Assembly (NCBI GenBank): GCA_036514415.1
Contig: DATBXG010000117.1
Coordinates: forward strand, 1 to 42,319
DNA length: 42,319 nucleotides
Source of the DNA: Paraburkholderia sp.
Lineage (GTDB): Bacteria; Pseudomonadota; Gammaproteobacteria; Burkholderiales; Burkholderiaceae
Direction: 5' to 3'
Shown here: one piece after another, positions 28,799-38,650 of the stretch
Layout of the letters: each line of letters begins with the position of its first letter
Position numbering within the stretch: position 1 is the first letter of the stretch
Program-made: the position numbers and the translations under genes
Notes under the pieces: generated by a model
Told to the model about the DNA's origin: nothing
What the model saw: only the letters and a program-made list of their open reading frames with translations
Database searches by the model: none

Positions 28799-30037
28799 AT
28801 GAACGCGCAGGTTGCCGCCTACATCGGTCGTCAACCGATTGTGGATCGAGCGGGCGAACTTGTTGCTTACGAGTTGCTTTTCCGGCGCGGGGAGGCAAAC
28901 GCGGCGAACTTCATCGATGATACAGCTGCCACGGGGCAGGTCATCGTCAATGCGATCGGCGAATTCGGCGTCCAGAAGGTCCTCGGCGATCAGCGGGGCT
29001 TTGTCAACGTCGGCAAGGAGTTGCTGGCGGACGACGTGCTCGGTTTGCTATCGCCGGAAAAATTCGTCTTCGAGATTCTCGAGACAATTCCTCGCGACGA
29101 AATACTCAAATCCCAGTGCGAACGACTGCGTTGCGCGGGATTCGGGCTCGCGCTTGATGATGTAAGTACCGTCGAGCAGATGCCCGCGAGCATCCTCGAG
29201 TTCGTTGAGGTGGTAAAGATCGATTATCCGCGCGTCGACTCGCGAAACCTGCCACAGCTCATCAAGACGGCCCACCAGGCAGGCGCGCGGGTGCTAGCAG
29301 AGAAGGTCGAGACGGCGAACGCGTATCGCGAACTCCATGCACTCGGCGTCGACATGTTCCAGGGGTACTTTTTTGCACACCCTGAAATGCTGAGCCAGCG
29401 AAAGCTCACTTTCGCGCTAAGCGATCTGATGGACCTCGCGGGCGCGCTGTCGTCCGATGCACCGGTCGAAATGATCGAGCCGTTCATCAAACGCAATCCG
29501 CCGCTATTGATGCATCTGATGAAGCTCGCCAGTAGCGGTCTCTTCAGTGCGGCGAAGCCGGTCTCGACGATCGGCGAAGCAATTCTTCGCGTTGGAACGC
29601 GTTCGCTGGTGCGTTGGGTCCAACTGCTGCTTTATGCTGGCGTGAGTAACGTACCATTGCGATCCAATCCGCTTTTCCAGCTCGTCGCCACGCGCGCACG
29701 GTTTCTCGAGCTGGCGGCGGGTTTGGTGCGGACGTGTGATACGGACCTCTCGGACCGGGCCTACCAGGTGGGAATCTTCTCCCTCATGCACTCCATGTTA
29801 GGCATGAGTGCGCATGACCTCATGGAACAACTCGCCGTTGCCCCGGAGGTTCGCGATGCCGTCGTTCTTCGATGTGGAACACTTGGCAGTTTGCTGGTGC
29901 TCGCCGAAATGGTCGAGTCGGGCCTGGGAGCGGACTTCGAAACACTGCCTGCATTGGACGGAAAGCTCGCAGCGAAAGACTTGTCCGATATCACCGCGCG
30001 GGCAGCGGAATGGGTGCTTGCCGAGATGACGGTCTAA
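28799..30037 (+). CDS. EAL + HDOD domain protein (YuxH/CdgJ-like c-di-GMP phosphodiesterase)
   Basis: RQPI..AYELLFR, FVN, EILE, LALDD, KID, AEKVET, QGYFF, then a helical HDOD domain. Confidence 0.9.
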   Translation: MNAQVAAYIGRQPIVDRAGELVAYELLFRRGEANAANFIDDTAATGQVIVNAIGEFGVQKVLGDQRGFVNVGKELLADDVLGLLSPEKFVFEILETIPRDEILKSQCERLRCAGFGLALDDVSTVEQMPASILEFVEVVKIDYPRVDSRNLPQLIKTAHQAGARVLAEKVETANAYRELHALGVDMFQGYFFAHPEMLSQRKLTFALSDLMDLAGALSSDAPVEMIEPFIKRNPPLLMHLMKLASSGLFSAAKPVSTIGEAILRVGTRSLVRWVQLLLYAGVSNVPLRSNPLFQLVATRARFLELAAGLVRTCDTDLSDRAYQVGIFSLMHSMLGMSAHDLMEQLAVAPEVRDAVVLRCGTLGSLLVLAEMVESGLGADFETLPALDGKLAAKDLSDITARAAEWVLAEMTV

Positions 30038-30952
30038 CAATGATCAGGCCGATTGAGTCCGTAGAGGGTGACGCAACTCGCGGACTCCCGCTGACCGGCA
30101 ATCCGTAGCGTACACCGGGAATTTTGCGCGTTTTTTTACGCATTCATCGAGGGAAAATCTGAATGGCAGTTTTCCTTGAAGAACATAGAGCCGACGACGG
30201 GCTCGTGGCGTTTCAACGCGTTTCACTCTCTGGTATTCATTCTAAAACCGTACTTAGTGACATTGGGAAACGTTTGCGCCTTGTTGTTCCCGAATGACCT
30301 TCAATTTGCTAACGACGGCTTTCAGTCATGGTCAAGCTTTCACTTCACACCATTCCGCAAGTCTTGCTGGATGGTGTATGGGGCGGTTGCAGGACTCGGG
30401 CTGGAAAGTCTGAGTAGAGGCAATTTCCGTTCAGCCGGTACGTCGCTATCCTCAACAAGCCAGTTCGCGTTCATGCTACAAGGGATAGAAGCCCGAACCT
30501 ACTGGGCCAGGAGGGCCATCGAACATGTCCCCGAAATCTGGCCGATCTCCAGGCGCACGCCTGGTTTGCTGACCGTCTGGTCGCAGGTTTGACCACAGCA
30601 TATTCAGGAAAGCCGCATAACCGCCGTGCCGCTTCGGCATAGAATCCTTTGAGGAGGTTTCCAGCTATGTCGGCTATCAAGCGCATTGATCCGGGCCATC
30701 CCGCCTATCAGGCCGCGCCGCACAGGACAACCCGCTACCCTGCGGAACACGTTACGTTGACGGCCGGCTCCAGGAGGAGGCTGCGCCCCTGTGTGCCTCA
30801 TCTCAAGGTCGGGCGCGGCAAGGTCGGCGTCGGTGGCAAGAGCAGCGATAAGTAGGCATCTGCAACCCCAATACGGCGTCGGGCTATAGAGAGGCGGCAA
30901 CGGGACGTTGCGCGCATCATCGTGGCAGTTGTGCTAGCGGCACAGGTCGGCG

Positions 30953-30976
30953 GCGGATTCAACCGGTCGATGCAAC
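30953..30976 (+). mobile_element. Isolated IS30-family terminal repeat
   Basis: GCGGATTCAACCGGTCGATGCAAC is an exact 24-bp copy of 28527-28550. Confidence 0.7.
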
Positions 30977-31146
30977 ACACTACAACCTGCGTGCGCCCGA
31001 ACGGCAGGAACGCTGCGGTCGCTTGGCGACGCCGTCCTAAGGCTTGTCTTTTGCAGACGCCAGGCGCCTGCCGGTCGCTGAAGCTATGTGGCGTTCATCG
31101 CGTGGCCTACCCGTGATGTACTCACTTCATTTACTCGAATCGCTGG

Positions 31147-31521
31147 CTAACGGCTGTTCCGCAAGATCAACTGATTCGTCACCGACCTGACTCCGCGCAC
31201 CGATCTTGCCGTGTTGCCGGCGAGCGCGATCTGCCTGCGCTCAGGCACCCATCCCGTGAGCGTCACGACGCCGAGGCGCGCCCTGACTGAAATCCCTGAA
31301 GCATCCAGGCTCGGTGTCCGCCTAAGGGCGCTGCGGACGTCACGACTCACGGCACTATCCGGCCTGTTCTGAAGCGGCGACGTCGAGTACGCCACCCGAT
31401 GCGCTGTCGCGCCAGCACCCGTGTTCTCATCCGTGTGCGCGCCAGCCTGGATCGAGCCACAACTCATGGGGACCATAACCAGGATCGCGCAGATTTTGAC
31501 GCTCGCACCACTCACATTCAT
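31147..31521 (-). CDS. BON domain (OsmY-like) exported protein
   Basis: D....V..AL......ISV....GVVTLTGWV.....A...A..VRGVRSVTNQL; GGGAG SD. Confidence 0.85.
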   Translation of the reverse strand: MNVSGASVKICAILVMVPMSCGSIQAGAHTDENTGAGATAHRVAYSTSPLQNRPDSAVSRDVRSALRRTPSLDASGISVRARLGVVTLTGWVPERRQIALAGNTARSVRGVRSVTNQLILRNSR

Positions 31522-31816
31522 GCTCCCTTTCAGCAAAAGACGATAGACCCATAAGTCCGGTCTTCGTTTAGGTTCGTCGTTATCGGTGAATGACTCAAGA
31601 GGCTATACCTTCTGCATGGAGCGAGGCGCTCGAACGGCCGATCCACCCCGAAATCCGCCCGATGCTCAACGCGAGAATTTCGACCGAAGTGGTTATCCAC
31701 ATGTCTCTGCGTTACGCGGTCAGCGAATGGTCCCTGCAGGGAAAAGCTTCATGTCGAGGGTGGAGAGCGCAACTCCTGATGTGAAGTCGTTTGAAGCTGA
31801 TGAGATCCGATTTAGC

Positions 31817-32227
31817 CTATCGAACAATCGTGTTCGCGCGTTTAAGCAGATTCGGCGGGAAATTCAAATCAATCTCACGTGCCGTCTTAACGTTCAATAC
31901 CAGCTCTTGCCGCGTCACCGTTTCGACAGGCAAGTCGCCGACACTCGCGCCTTTCAGTATCCTGTCCACAAACCCCGCCATACGCCGCACAGCCTCGACT
32001 ACGCTCGTTCCATATGCCATCAAGCCACCAGCATCCACCCAATCGCGAGCAAACATCGACGGAAGTCGATCCGCATTGGCCAGTTCGGCAATCCGCTTCC
32101 TGTGCACGACCGTGATGGGCTCTTCCCGTACCAGCACTGCGCCGGCATGCTCATTCAGCATTGCCGCAAATGCACCATCGATGTCGGGATTCGGGCCCTT
32201 GACGCCGAATGACTGCGGGAGCCGCAT
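31817..32227 (-). pseudogene. C-terminal fragment of an ABC transporter substrate-binding protein (ABC_sub_bind type)
   Basis: AGGLMAYG, VDRILKGA..DLPVE, ELVLNVKTA motifs; N-terminal half and signal peptide are missing. Confidence 0.78.
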
Positions 32228-32761
32228 TACTGCTGGATTCTATGCCCTATTCTGTCTCCGCGATCTCAAGCCGCCACAACGTCAATGACCCTCAGTGTAG
32301 TAACCTGCACTCGTTTGGATCCAGGCTGCCGTTCTGACAGCGTCGCACTTGGACGCGCTCGTTGACGGCGTGCCAGCCCAGTGGCCGGTTGAATCCACAG
32401 TCGGTTTCAGCCGACCGCATCGGGCGACGGTCGACCAACTTCAGCTGTTGAAGATGTTTTTCGATTATCCGTTTGCAGTCCAAAATGAGTCACTCAGGGC
32501 GTTGCTACGAAGAGTGGCGCAGCACTGCGGTCGTCCATGGCCGGGCAATCGCTCGCTTTGCAGGCAGCCGGCCATGCACACGTGTCTTCGTGATGTGGAT
32601 TGAAGCCCCCGACGGGTGACAGCCCAGGCATCGCAAGCAGTTGCGGCCTTCCACTGACACACAACCATAACGCGCGCGTAACGTCGTCGTCTCGCGAACT
32701 TCATACTCCGTTTCTACGCTCCCTAAGGTTGTAACCAACGGTAAGGAGATGAGCAATGGAA

Positions 32762-34777
32762 ATGAAGAAATTGTCACAACGGTGCCACGTGTCCTGGGTA
32801 AGGGCATCAATCGCCGCGTGCGCCGGCGCGGCGGCGCTTGCATTCGCGACGTTACCTGCCAGCGTTACGGCAGCAGGCGACCCCCCCGGATCCGCAACGG
32901 CAACGCCCATCAAGCACGTGATCATTATCGTCGGCGAAAACCGGACATTCGATCACGTATTCGGCACATACCAGCCAAAGCACGGCGAGACGGTCTGGAA
33001 CCTGCTCTCGCAGGGCATCGTGAATGCCGATGGCTCGCCCGGTCCGAACTTCAAGAAGGCGCAGCAATACGAGGCGCAGTTGATCGGACCGGCGGAATTC
33101 TCGCTTGCACCGTCGACCAGCAAGACACCCTATAGCACGCTGCCCGCACCGAACACCGGCGGCACGCACACCGCGCCTGGCGACACGGCGACGCCGCCGC
33201 CTTTCGCGACACACGATGCGGCCGCGCAGGCCGAGGGCGGGGCGCTCGAGGCATCTGACATCGACAAGTTGCTCACGGGTGCGTCCGGTCTGCCAATGGG
33301 TGTGGTGGACACCCGCGTGGCCAACGCCAACAGTTTGCTTAACGGCCCATACCTGTTACAGCCTCCGTTGTATGACGCGTATATGGGTGGGCCGGTTCAC
33401 CGTTTCTATCAGGCGTGGCAGCAGGCTGACTGTGATATCGCGCACAAGAGTCGCACCAATCCGAGCGGTTGTCTCGCCGACCTGTTCGTGTGGGTGGAAA
33501 CCACCGTTGGCGCGAGCAAGAACGGTGCCGCCCCGCCGACGCCGTTCACCGACCAGACAACCGGGGAAGGCTCGAACGCGCTCGGCATCTACAACGTGAA
33601 CAATGGCGACATGCCGTTCTTCACCCAACTCGCGAAGCAATATGCGATGAGCGACAACTATCACCAGCCGGTGATGGGCGGCACGGGTGCCAATAGCATC
33701 ATGATCGGCGCCGCCGACGCCTACTACTACACCGACGGCAACGGCCATGTGGCTACGCCCTCGTCGAACCAGATCGAAAACCCGAACCCGATGACGGGCA
33801 CCAACAACTGGTACACGCAGGACGGCTACTCGGGCGGTAGCTATAGCGACTGTTCGGATCCAACCCAGGCGGGGGTCGGGCCAATCGTCCAGTACCTGAA
33901 ATCGCTGCCATACCACCCGAAGCCGAACTGCGAGGCGAAACACTACTACCTGCTCAACAACTACAACCCGGGCTACAACGGCGACGGCACGGTGCTCGAC
34001 AGGGTACTAAACGCTTTCACGATCCCTCCATCACCGGTGCGCACGATCGGAGACACGTTGCTTGAGCGTAAGATCCCATGGAAGTACTACGGCGAGGGCT
34101 GGACCACCTTCGTCAACAAAGACCCGAAGAGCGTCTATTGCAACATCTGCAACCCTTTCCTGTATGAGACGTCGATCATGACGAACCAGCAGGTCCGGGA
34201 AACACACCTCGCCGACCTGCCGGACTTGTATGCGGATATCAGTGCCGGCAATCTGCCTGCCGTGTCGATCGTAAAGCCGGGCGGCCTTCTTGACGGGCAT
34301 CCGACATCGTCGAAGTTTGGGCTGTACGAGGCCTTCGTCGATAAACTGATCGACGCTGTGAAGCGTGATCCGCAGCTTTGGGCCACCACGGCGATCTTCA
34401 TTACCACCGACGAAGGCGGCGGCTATTACGACTCGGGATACGTCCAGCCCCTCGACTTCTTTGGCGATGGGTCGCGCATTCCGTTGATCGCCGTATCGCA
34501 GTATTCGCGCGGAGGGCATGTTGCGCACGGCTATTCGGACCACGCGTCGCTAGTCAAATTCATCGAGCGCAACTGGGGCCTGCCGACGATCACTCGACGC
34601 AGTCGCGACAACCTGCCGAACCCGATCCAGTTGAGCGACAACCCCTACGTACCGGTCAACTCGCCGGCGATTGGCGATCTGTTCGATCTGTTCGACTTCG
34701 ATCAGGATCACCGTGATTACCAAGGTCAGGGCAAGGATGATGTCGGCAACGGCGGAAAGGGCTTCTCGCCTTTCTGA
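32762..34777 (+). CDS. Secreted phosphoesterase (phospholipase C / acid phosphatase AcpA family)
   Basis: Signal peptide; TPIKHVIIIVGENRTFDH, HRFYQ, SDNYHQ..GGTGAN, DGHP, DEGGGYYD, DHAS. Confidence 0.9.
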   Translation: MKKLSQRCHVSWVRASIAACAGAAALAFATLPASVTAAGDPPGSATATPIKHVIIIVGENRTFDHVFGTYQPKHGETVWNLLSQGIVNADGSPGPNFKKAQQYEAQLIGPAEFSLAPSTSKTPYSTLPAPNTGGTHTAPGDTATPPPFATHDAAAQAEGGALEASDIDKLLTGASGLPMGVVDTRVANANSLLNGPYLLQPPLYDAYMGGPVHRFYQAWQQADCDIAHKSRTNPSGCLADLFVWVETTVGASKNGAAPPTPFTDQTTGEGSNALGIYNVNNGDMPFFTQLAKQYAMSDNYHQPVMGGTGANSIMIGAADAYYYTDGNGHVATPSSNQIENPNPMTGTNNWYTQDGYSGGSYSDCSDPTQAGVGPIVQYLKSLPYHPKPNCEAKHYYLLNNYNPGYNGDGTVLDRVLNAFTIPPSPVRTIGDTLLERKIPWKYYGEGWTTFVNKDPKSVYCNICNPFLYETSIMTNQQVRETHLADLPDLYADISAGNLPAVSIVKPGGLLDGHPTSSKFGLYEAFVDKLIDAVKRDPQLWATTAIFITTDEGGGYYDSGYVQPLDFFGDGSRIPLIAVSQYSRGGHVAHGYSDHASLVKFIERNWGLPTITRRSRDNLPNPIQLSDNPYVPVNSPAIGDLFDLFDFDQDHRDYQGQGKDDVGNGGKGFSPF

Positions 34778-34887
34778 TCACCGTCCTCCAGCAGGCACAT
34801 TTGGCGTTTGCGTGCAGCACGGACCGCCGCGCGTTCCTGCGCGGCGGTGCCGTTGCATGTGGAACTTGCCGGGACTGCGCGGATAGC

Positions 34888-34950
34888 TTGACAAGCGGAT
34901 CTGGTTTGAACCATGATTAACCTATCAGCTAATTAACCAATTGGAAAAAT
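34888..34950 (+). promoter_or_regulatory. Promoter with tandem ArsR-type operator sites
   Basis: Perfect TTGACA at 34888, CATGAT 18 nt later, then two imperfect ATTAACC...(G)N2-4AAT palindromes just before the ArsR start. Confidence 0.55.
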
Positions 34951-34952
34951 AA

Positions 34953-35366
34953 TTGGAAGCGGACCATCTCAGCGTCACATTTGCCGCGCTGGCTGACCCG
35001 ACGCGACGCGCCATCCTCGCCAGGCTGGCGCAAGGCGAAGCCACGGTTGGCGATCTGGCCGGCCCTTTCGATATGAGCGCGCCGGCCATCAGCAAGCACC
35101 TGCGCGTTCTCGCAAAGGCCGGCCTCATCACTCAAGGGCGCGACCGCCAGTTTCGCCCGTGTCGCATCGCGCCTGCGCCGCTCAAGCAGGCCGCCGACTG
35201 GGCACTGCAGTATCGCGCCCTGTGGGAACAGCGTCTCGACCAGCTCGAAAGCTACCTGCAGCAACTGCAACAGAAGCCTGTCAAGGGCTCCCACGAAAAG
35301 ACTGCGTCGAAAACCACGTCCAAAGTTTCCTCAACCCGAACCAGGAAGACTCGCCACCATGACTGA
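34953..35366 (+). CDS. ArsR/SmtB family transcriptional regulator
   Basis: FAALADPTRRAIL..L, S.PAISKHLRVL..AGLI; TTG start. Confidence 0.9.
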   Translation: MEADHLSVTFAALADPTRRAILARLAQGEATVGDLAGPFDMSAPAISKHLRVLAKAGLITQGRDRQFRPCRIAPAPLKQAADWALQYRALWEQRLDQLESYLQQLQQKPVKGSHEKTASKTTSKVSSTRTRKTRHHD

Positions 35367-35880
35367 CAAACTTTCCGCTCCCTTCGTGATCGAGCGCCGC
35401 TTCGCTGCGCCGCGCGAACTCGTCTACGCCGCGCTGACTGAAGCTGAGCATTTGAGCACGTGGATGAGCCCACCCGGGATGGAAATGTCCCACTGCACAG
35501 TGGACGCGCGTGTCGGTGGCGTCTTTCACTACGCGATGAAGCCGCGCGGCGTGCCCGATGCTCCCGCAATGTGGGGCAAGTGGACGTTCCGCGAATTGAC
35601 GCCCCCAGAGCGCATTGTCGTCGTCGTGCAGTTTAGTGATCCCGAAGGCGGCGCGACGCGACATCCGATGTCCGCGCAATGGCCGCTTTATACGCTATCG
35701 ACGACGACGCTCAGCGAAGTCGAGGGTGGCACGTTAATGTACCTCGAGTGGCGCGCGCTGGACGCCAGTGAAGCCGAGGAAGCCATCTTCGACGCGTCGC
35801 ACGCCAGTATGTCTCAAGGTTGGGGCGGAACAATGGACGCGCTCGACAAGTACCTCACGCAGCAGCAAGCCGAGCGCTGA
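35359..35880 (+). CDS. SRPBCC (AHSA1-like) domain protein
   Basis: IERRFAAPRELVY.A.T...L..W..P, D.RVGG.F.Y, PPERIV, GW..T.D.L..YL. Confidence 0.9.
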   Translation: MTDKLSAPFVIERRFAAPRELVYAALTEAEHLSTWMSPPGMEMSHCTVDARVGGVFHYAMKPRGVPDAPAMWGKWTFRELTPPERIVVVVQFSDPEGGATRHPMSAQWPLYTLSTTTLSEVEGGTLMYLEWRALDASEAEEAIFDASHASMSQGWGGTMDALDKYLTQQQAER

Positions 35881-35910
35881 GTCGAGAGACAGAAAATGAG
35901 CGCACTTTAG

Positions 35911-35961
35911 TGAACTGCACCCCAAAAGTTGGACACCGATCCAGCCTTTGGGGTGTTTTTT
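35911..35961 (+). mobile_element. IS3-family left-end relic (also forms a terminator-like hairpin)
   Basis: TGAACTGCACCCCAAAAGTTGGACA resembles IS3/IS150-group terminal IRs; CACCCCAAA pairs with TTTGGGGTG followed by a T run. No transposase follows. Confidence 0.7.
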
Positions 35962-36099
35962 GAGCCGCTGTTCGACCGCTGGAGGACGTTCTCCAGCGCG
36001 GGGAGCTTACGGCACAGCGGCAGGGCGGCGTCGGCGTCGTGTTGTCGACAATCGGGAAATGGCGTTGTATAAGGCGTGCTGGCTATGCCTGAATCCGCG

Positions 36100-36199
36100 A
36101 CGCCGCGGGAAGCCGGTGTGAATCCGGCGCGGTCGCGCCACTGTATCGGAGCGGTAAGCAGCTTTCGTTGCTTGCAACCGAAGTCAGACCTCGCGGCGT
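36100..36199 (+). ncRNA. Cobalamin riboswitch (compact type)
   Basis: GGGAA-GCCGG-TGTGAAT-CCGGC-GCGG..GCCACTGT...AAGTCAGACC core, closed by the ACGCCGCG/CGCGGCGT helix; lies upstream of a NiCoT gene. Confidence 0.9.
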
Positions 36200-36244
36200 T
36201 ATCTTCTCGATCCTTGCGGGACGCGTTATTCCCGGGAGTTCCTG

Positions 36245-37306
36245 ATGCTTGCTCATCTGATCCAGATCTTCAACGACTCTAGCTCGCGGGTCCGAAATAA
36301 ATTATTTGGCATCTATGGCGTCCTGGTTGCCATTAACGTACTTGCCTGGGTGTGGGCGCTACTCGCCTTCCACGCTTATCCCGTGCTGCTCGGCACGGCT
36401 CTCCTCGCGTATGGATTTGGCCTGCGTCACGCCGTGGACGCCGATCACATCGCCGCAATCGACAACGTTACGCGCAAGCTCATGCAGGAGAAAAAGCGCC
36501 CCGTTGCCGTAGGCCTTTTCTTCTCGCTCGGTCACTCGACCGTCGTCATGCTGGCGTCGGTGGCCGTTGCGCTTGCAACCACCGCGATTCAGGGCCGTTT
36601 TGATAACTTCAAGGAAGTAGGTGGGGTGATCGGCACGCTGGTATCGTCATTCTTCCTGTTCGCGCTTGCGATCATGAATTTTCTGATCCTGCGCGGTATC
36701 TGGCGCGCATGGAAACATGTGCGCGGCGGTGGCAAGCATGCCGACGACGACTTCGACATGCTGCTGGCCAATCGTGGCTTTATCGCACGGCTTTTTCGCC
36801 CGCTCTTTCGCCTCGTCACGCGCAGCTGGCACATGTATCCAATCGGCTTTCTGTTCGGCCTCGGCTTCGATACGGCAACGGAAATCAGCCTGCTCGGCAT
36901 CGCGGCGACCCAGGCCGCGAAAGGGCTCTCGCCGTGGGCCATCATGGTCTTCCCCGTCCTTTTCAGTGCGGGCATGTCGCTCATCGACACGCTCGACGGC
37001 CATTTGATGCTGGGCGCCTATGGCTGGGCTTACCAGAAGCCCCTGCGCAAGATTTACTACAACATGACGATCACGCTGGTCTCGATCGTGGTCGCGGTGG
37101 TGATCGGCGGCATCGAGGCACTCGGACTCCTTGCCGACCAGCTCGGCCTGAAAGGGCCTCTGTGGGACGCAGTCGGCTCTCTGAACGACAATTTTGGCGT
37201 GCTGGGCTACATCATCATCGGCATTTTCGCGCTCAGCTGGATCGTCTCGATCGTTGTCTATCGGGCGAAGCGATTCGACGAGGCAGAAGTCAGCCCGCTG
37301 GCCTGA
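36245..37306 (+). CDS. HoxN/HupN/NixA (NiCoT) family high-affinity cobalt/nickel transporter
   Basis: GLRHAVDADHIAAID, FSLGHSTVV, GFLFGLGFDTATE signatures. Confidence 0.95.
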   Translation: MLAHLIQIFNDSSSRVRNKLFGIYGVLVAINVLAWVWALLAFHAYPVLLGTALLAYGFGLRHAVDADHIAAIDNVTRKLMQEKKRPVAVGLFFSLGHSTVVMLASVAVALATTAIQGRFDNFKEVGGVIGTLVSSFFLFALAIMNFLILRGIWRAWKHVRGGGKHADDDFDMLLANRGFIARLFRPLFRLVTRSWHMYPIGFLFGLGFDTATEISLLGIAATQAAKGLSPWAIMVFPVLFSAGMSLIDTLDGHLMLGAYGWAYQKPLRKIYYNMTITLVSIVVAVVIGGIEALGLLADQLGLKGPLWDAVGSLNDNFGVLGYIIIGIFALSWIVSIVVYRAKRFDEAEVSPLA

Positions 37307-37792
37307 TTGCCCGACGTCCTGGGAAATGCGGTAAGTCATGGTGTGCTTCGTGTGGTGTGCACGGGCGCGCCTCGTCAGGTTACTGGCGTGCGTAGGCCAG
37401 GCGATCACGAAAAATCGGGCGTTGTCGGATAACGGGCGCCGCTGGCCGGGAAAGATAGTAACCAGCGAGAAGCAGCGGTATCGCCGACTAAATGGTGTAA
37501 GCAAATACCGCGCAGTACGAACAAGTTGCGTCCCGCGATGTGTGCTGCAGTGGCCATCCAAAGGCGGTTCATGGCCCCGCGATTCTACAGAGCTTTACAG
37601 AAGACTTAAATCTTGCCTACGGTCTATTTCAAGGTCCTGGAGTGGCAGATAGTCTGAACAACCGGGCTTGCTGGCCATACGGGCGCCGAAGCCAGGTTGC
37701 AGGGGCCGAATCGAGTGTGCCGCCAGCTCCCCTGGGCATGCAACGGCCCGGCGCCTAAAATTGAAGCACTATCTTCGCTGGAGGCTCGAATC

Positions 37793-38044
37793 ATGAGCAC
37801 CTCGTCCCGCCTTGCCCTCGGTTTGCTCCTTGGCGCTTTCTCTGTGGCCCCCGCATTTGCACAAGTCTCATCGCAAACGAATGACCCATCGGCACCCAAA
37901 ACGCGCGCCGAGGTGGTCGCTGAAATGAACGAATGGGTTGCCGCTGGTTATCACCTCGATGACGGGTACCGCTACCCCGAGAACGCGGAGGCGGTTGAGC
38001 AGATCGTCGCGCAACGGCACGCTGGAGCATCGACTGCTCAGTAG
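37793..38044 (+). CDS. DUF4148 family small exported protein
   Basis: GGAGG SD; signal peptide ending AFA; KTRAEVVAE....AGY......YP motif. Confidence 0.85.
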   Translation: MSTSSRLALGLLLGAFSVAPAFAQVSSQTNDPSAPKTRAEVVAEMNEWVAAGYHLDDGYRYPENAEAVEQIVAQRHAGASTAQ

Positions 38045-38560
38045 TGGCTGAACGGCTGCTCCGCCGTTTGCCCTGCAAGTTCGTTGCCGGGGGCGCTACG
38101 CGGCACGCGCAACATCGCCGCTAACCGGGACGAACTGAACGTCCAGGCATTGGACCGCTCCAGCGCGGCGGCAGTCTGTCTGACTCCTGAAACTTCCCGG
38201 TTGCGGAAGGGGGGGCAGTGCGCGGGCCGATATCTCACGATACTGTGGGTCTGGAGTGGACCGGCGACACTCTATTCCCTCAGTCCCGCGGACACAGAAA
38301 ATTCCGCCCCAATGTCACACGCAGCACGCTCTATCTCGTCATGTCATGGCAACCCAACCGTAAGGAGATGAAACCGTTGCACCGGGTAGTTGACACGCAA
38401 TGGACATCCACCAAAGCGCCACCCGGCAAGCGATTTGCCGAATCCGGCTAGTTCATTCTGGCGGTCGGTTGAAAGTGGGTGAGAAACGAAACTGGTGGAA
38501 CGCCCTGAAATGACTAGTTGGGCGATGCGGGTTCACGGCACCAAAATCAAACAAATTCGA

Positions 38561-38595
38561 AGCTTCATCTAATACTGATCGTATTAGATGAAGCT
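38561..38595. repeat. Perfect 15-bp inverted repeat with 5-nt spacer
   Basis: AGCTTCATCTAATAC-TGATC-GTATTAGATGAAGCT. Confidence 0.9.
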
Positions 38596-38650
38596 GAAGC
38601 CAAATGCTGCTGGGATTCCAAGAGTTATTTCTAATGCGACGCCGGCTATT

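Noticed and set aside
37584-37602. TACAG direct repeats upstream of the DUF4148 gene (OmpR-type site?)
   Set aside because: Two 5-mers alone are too weak to support a call.
38561-38595. Integron attC site
   Set aside because: Too short, lacks L boxes and extrahelical bases, and no integrase is in the window; kept only as an unexplained palindrome.
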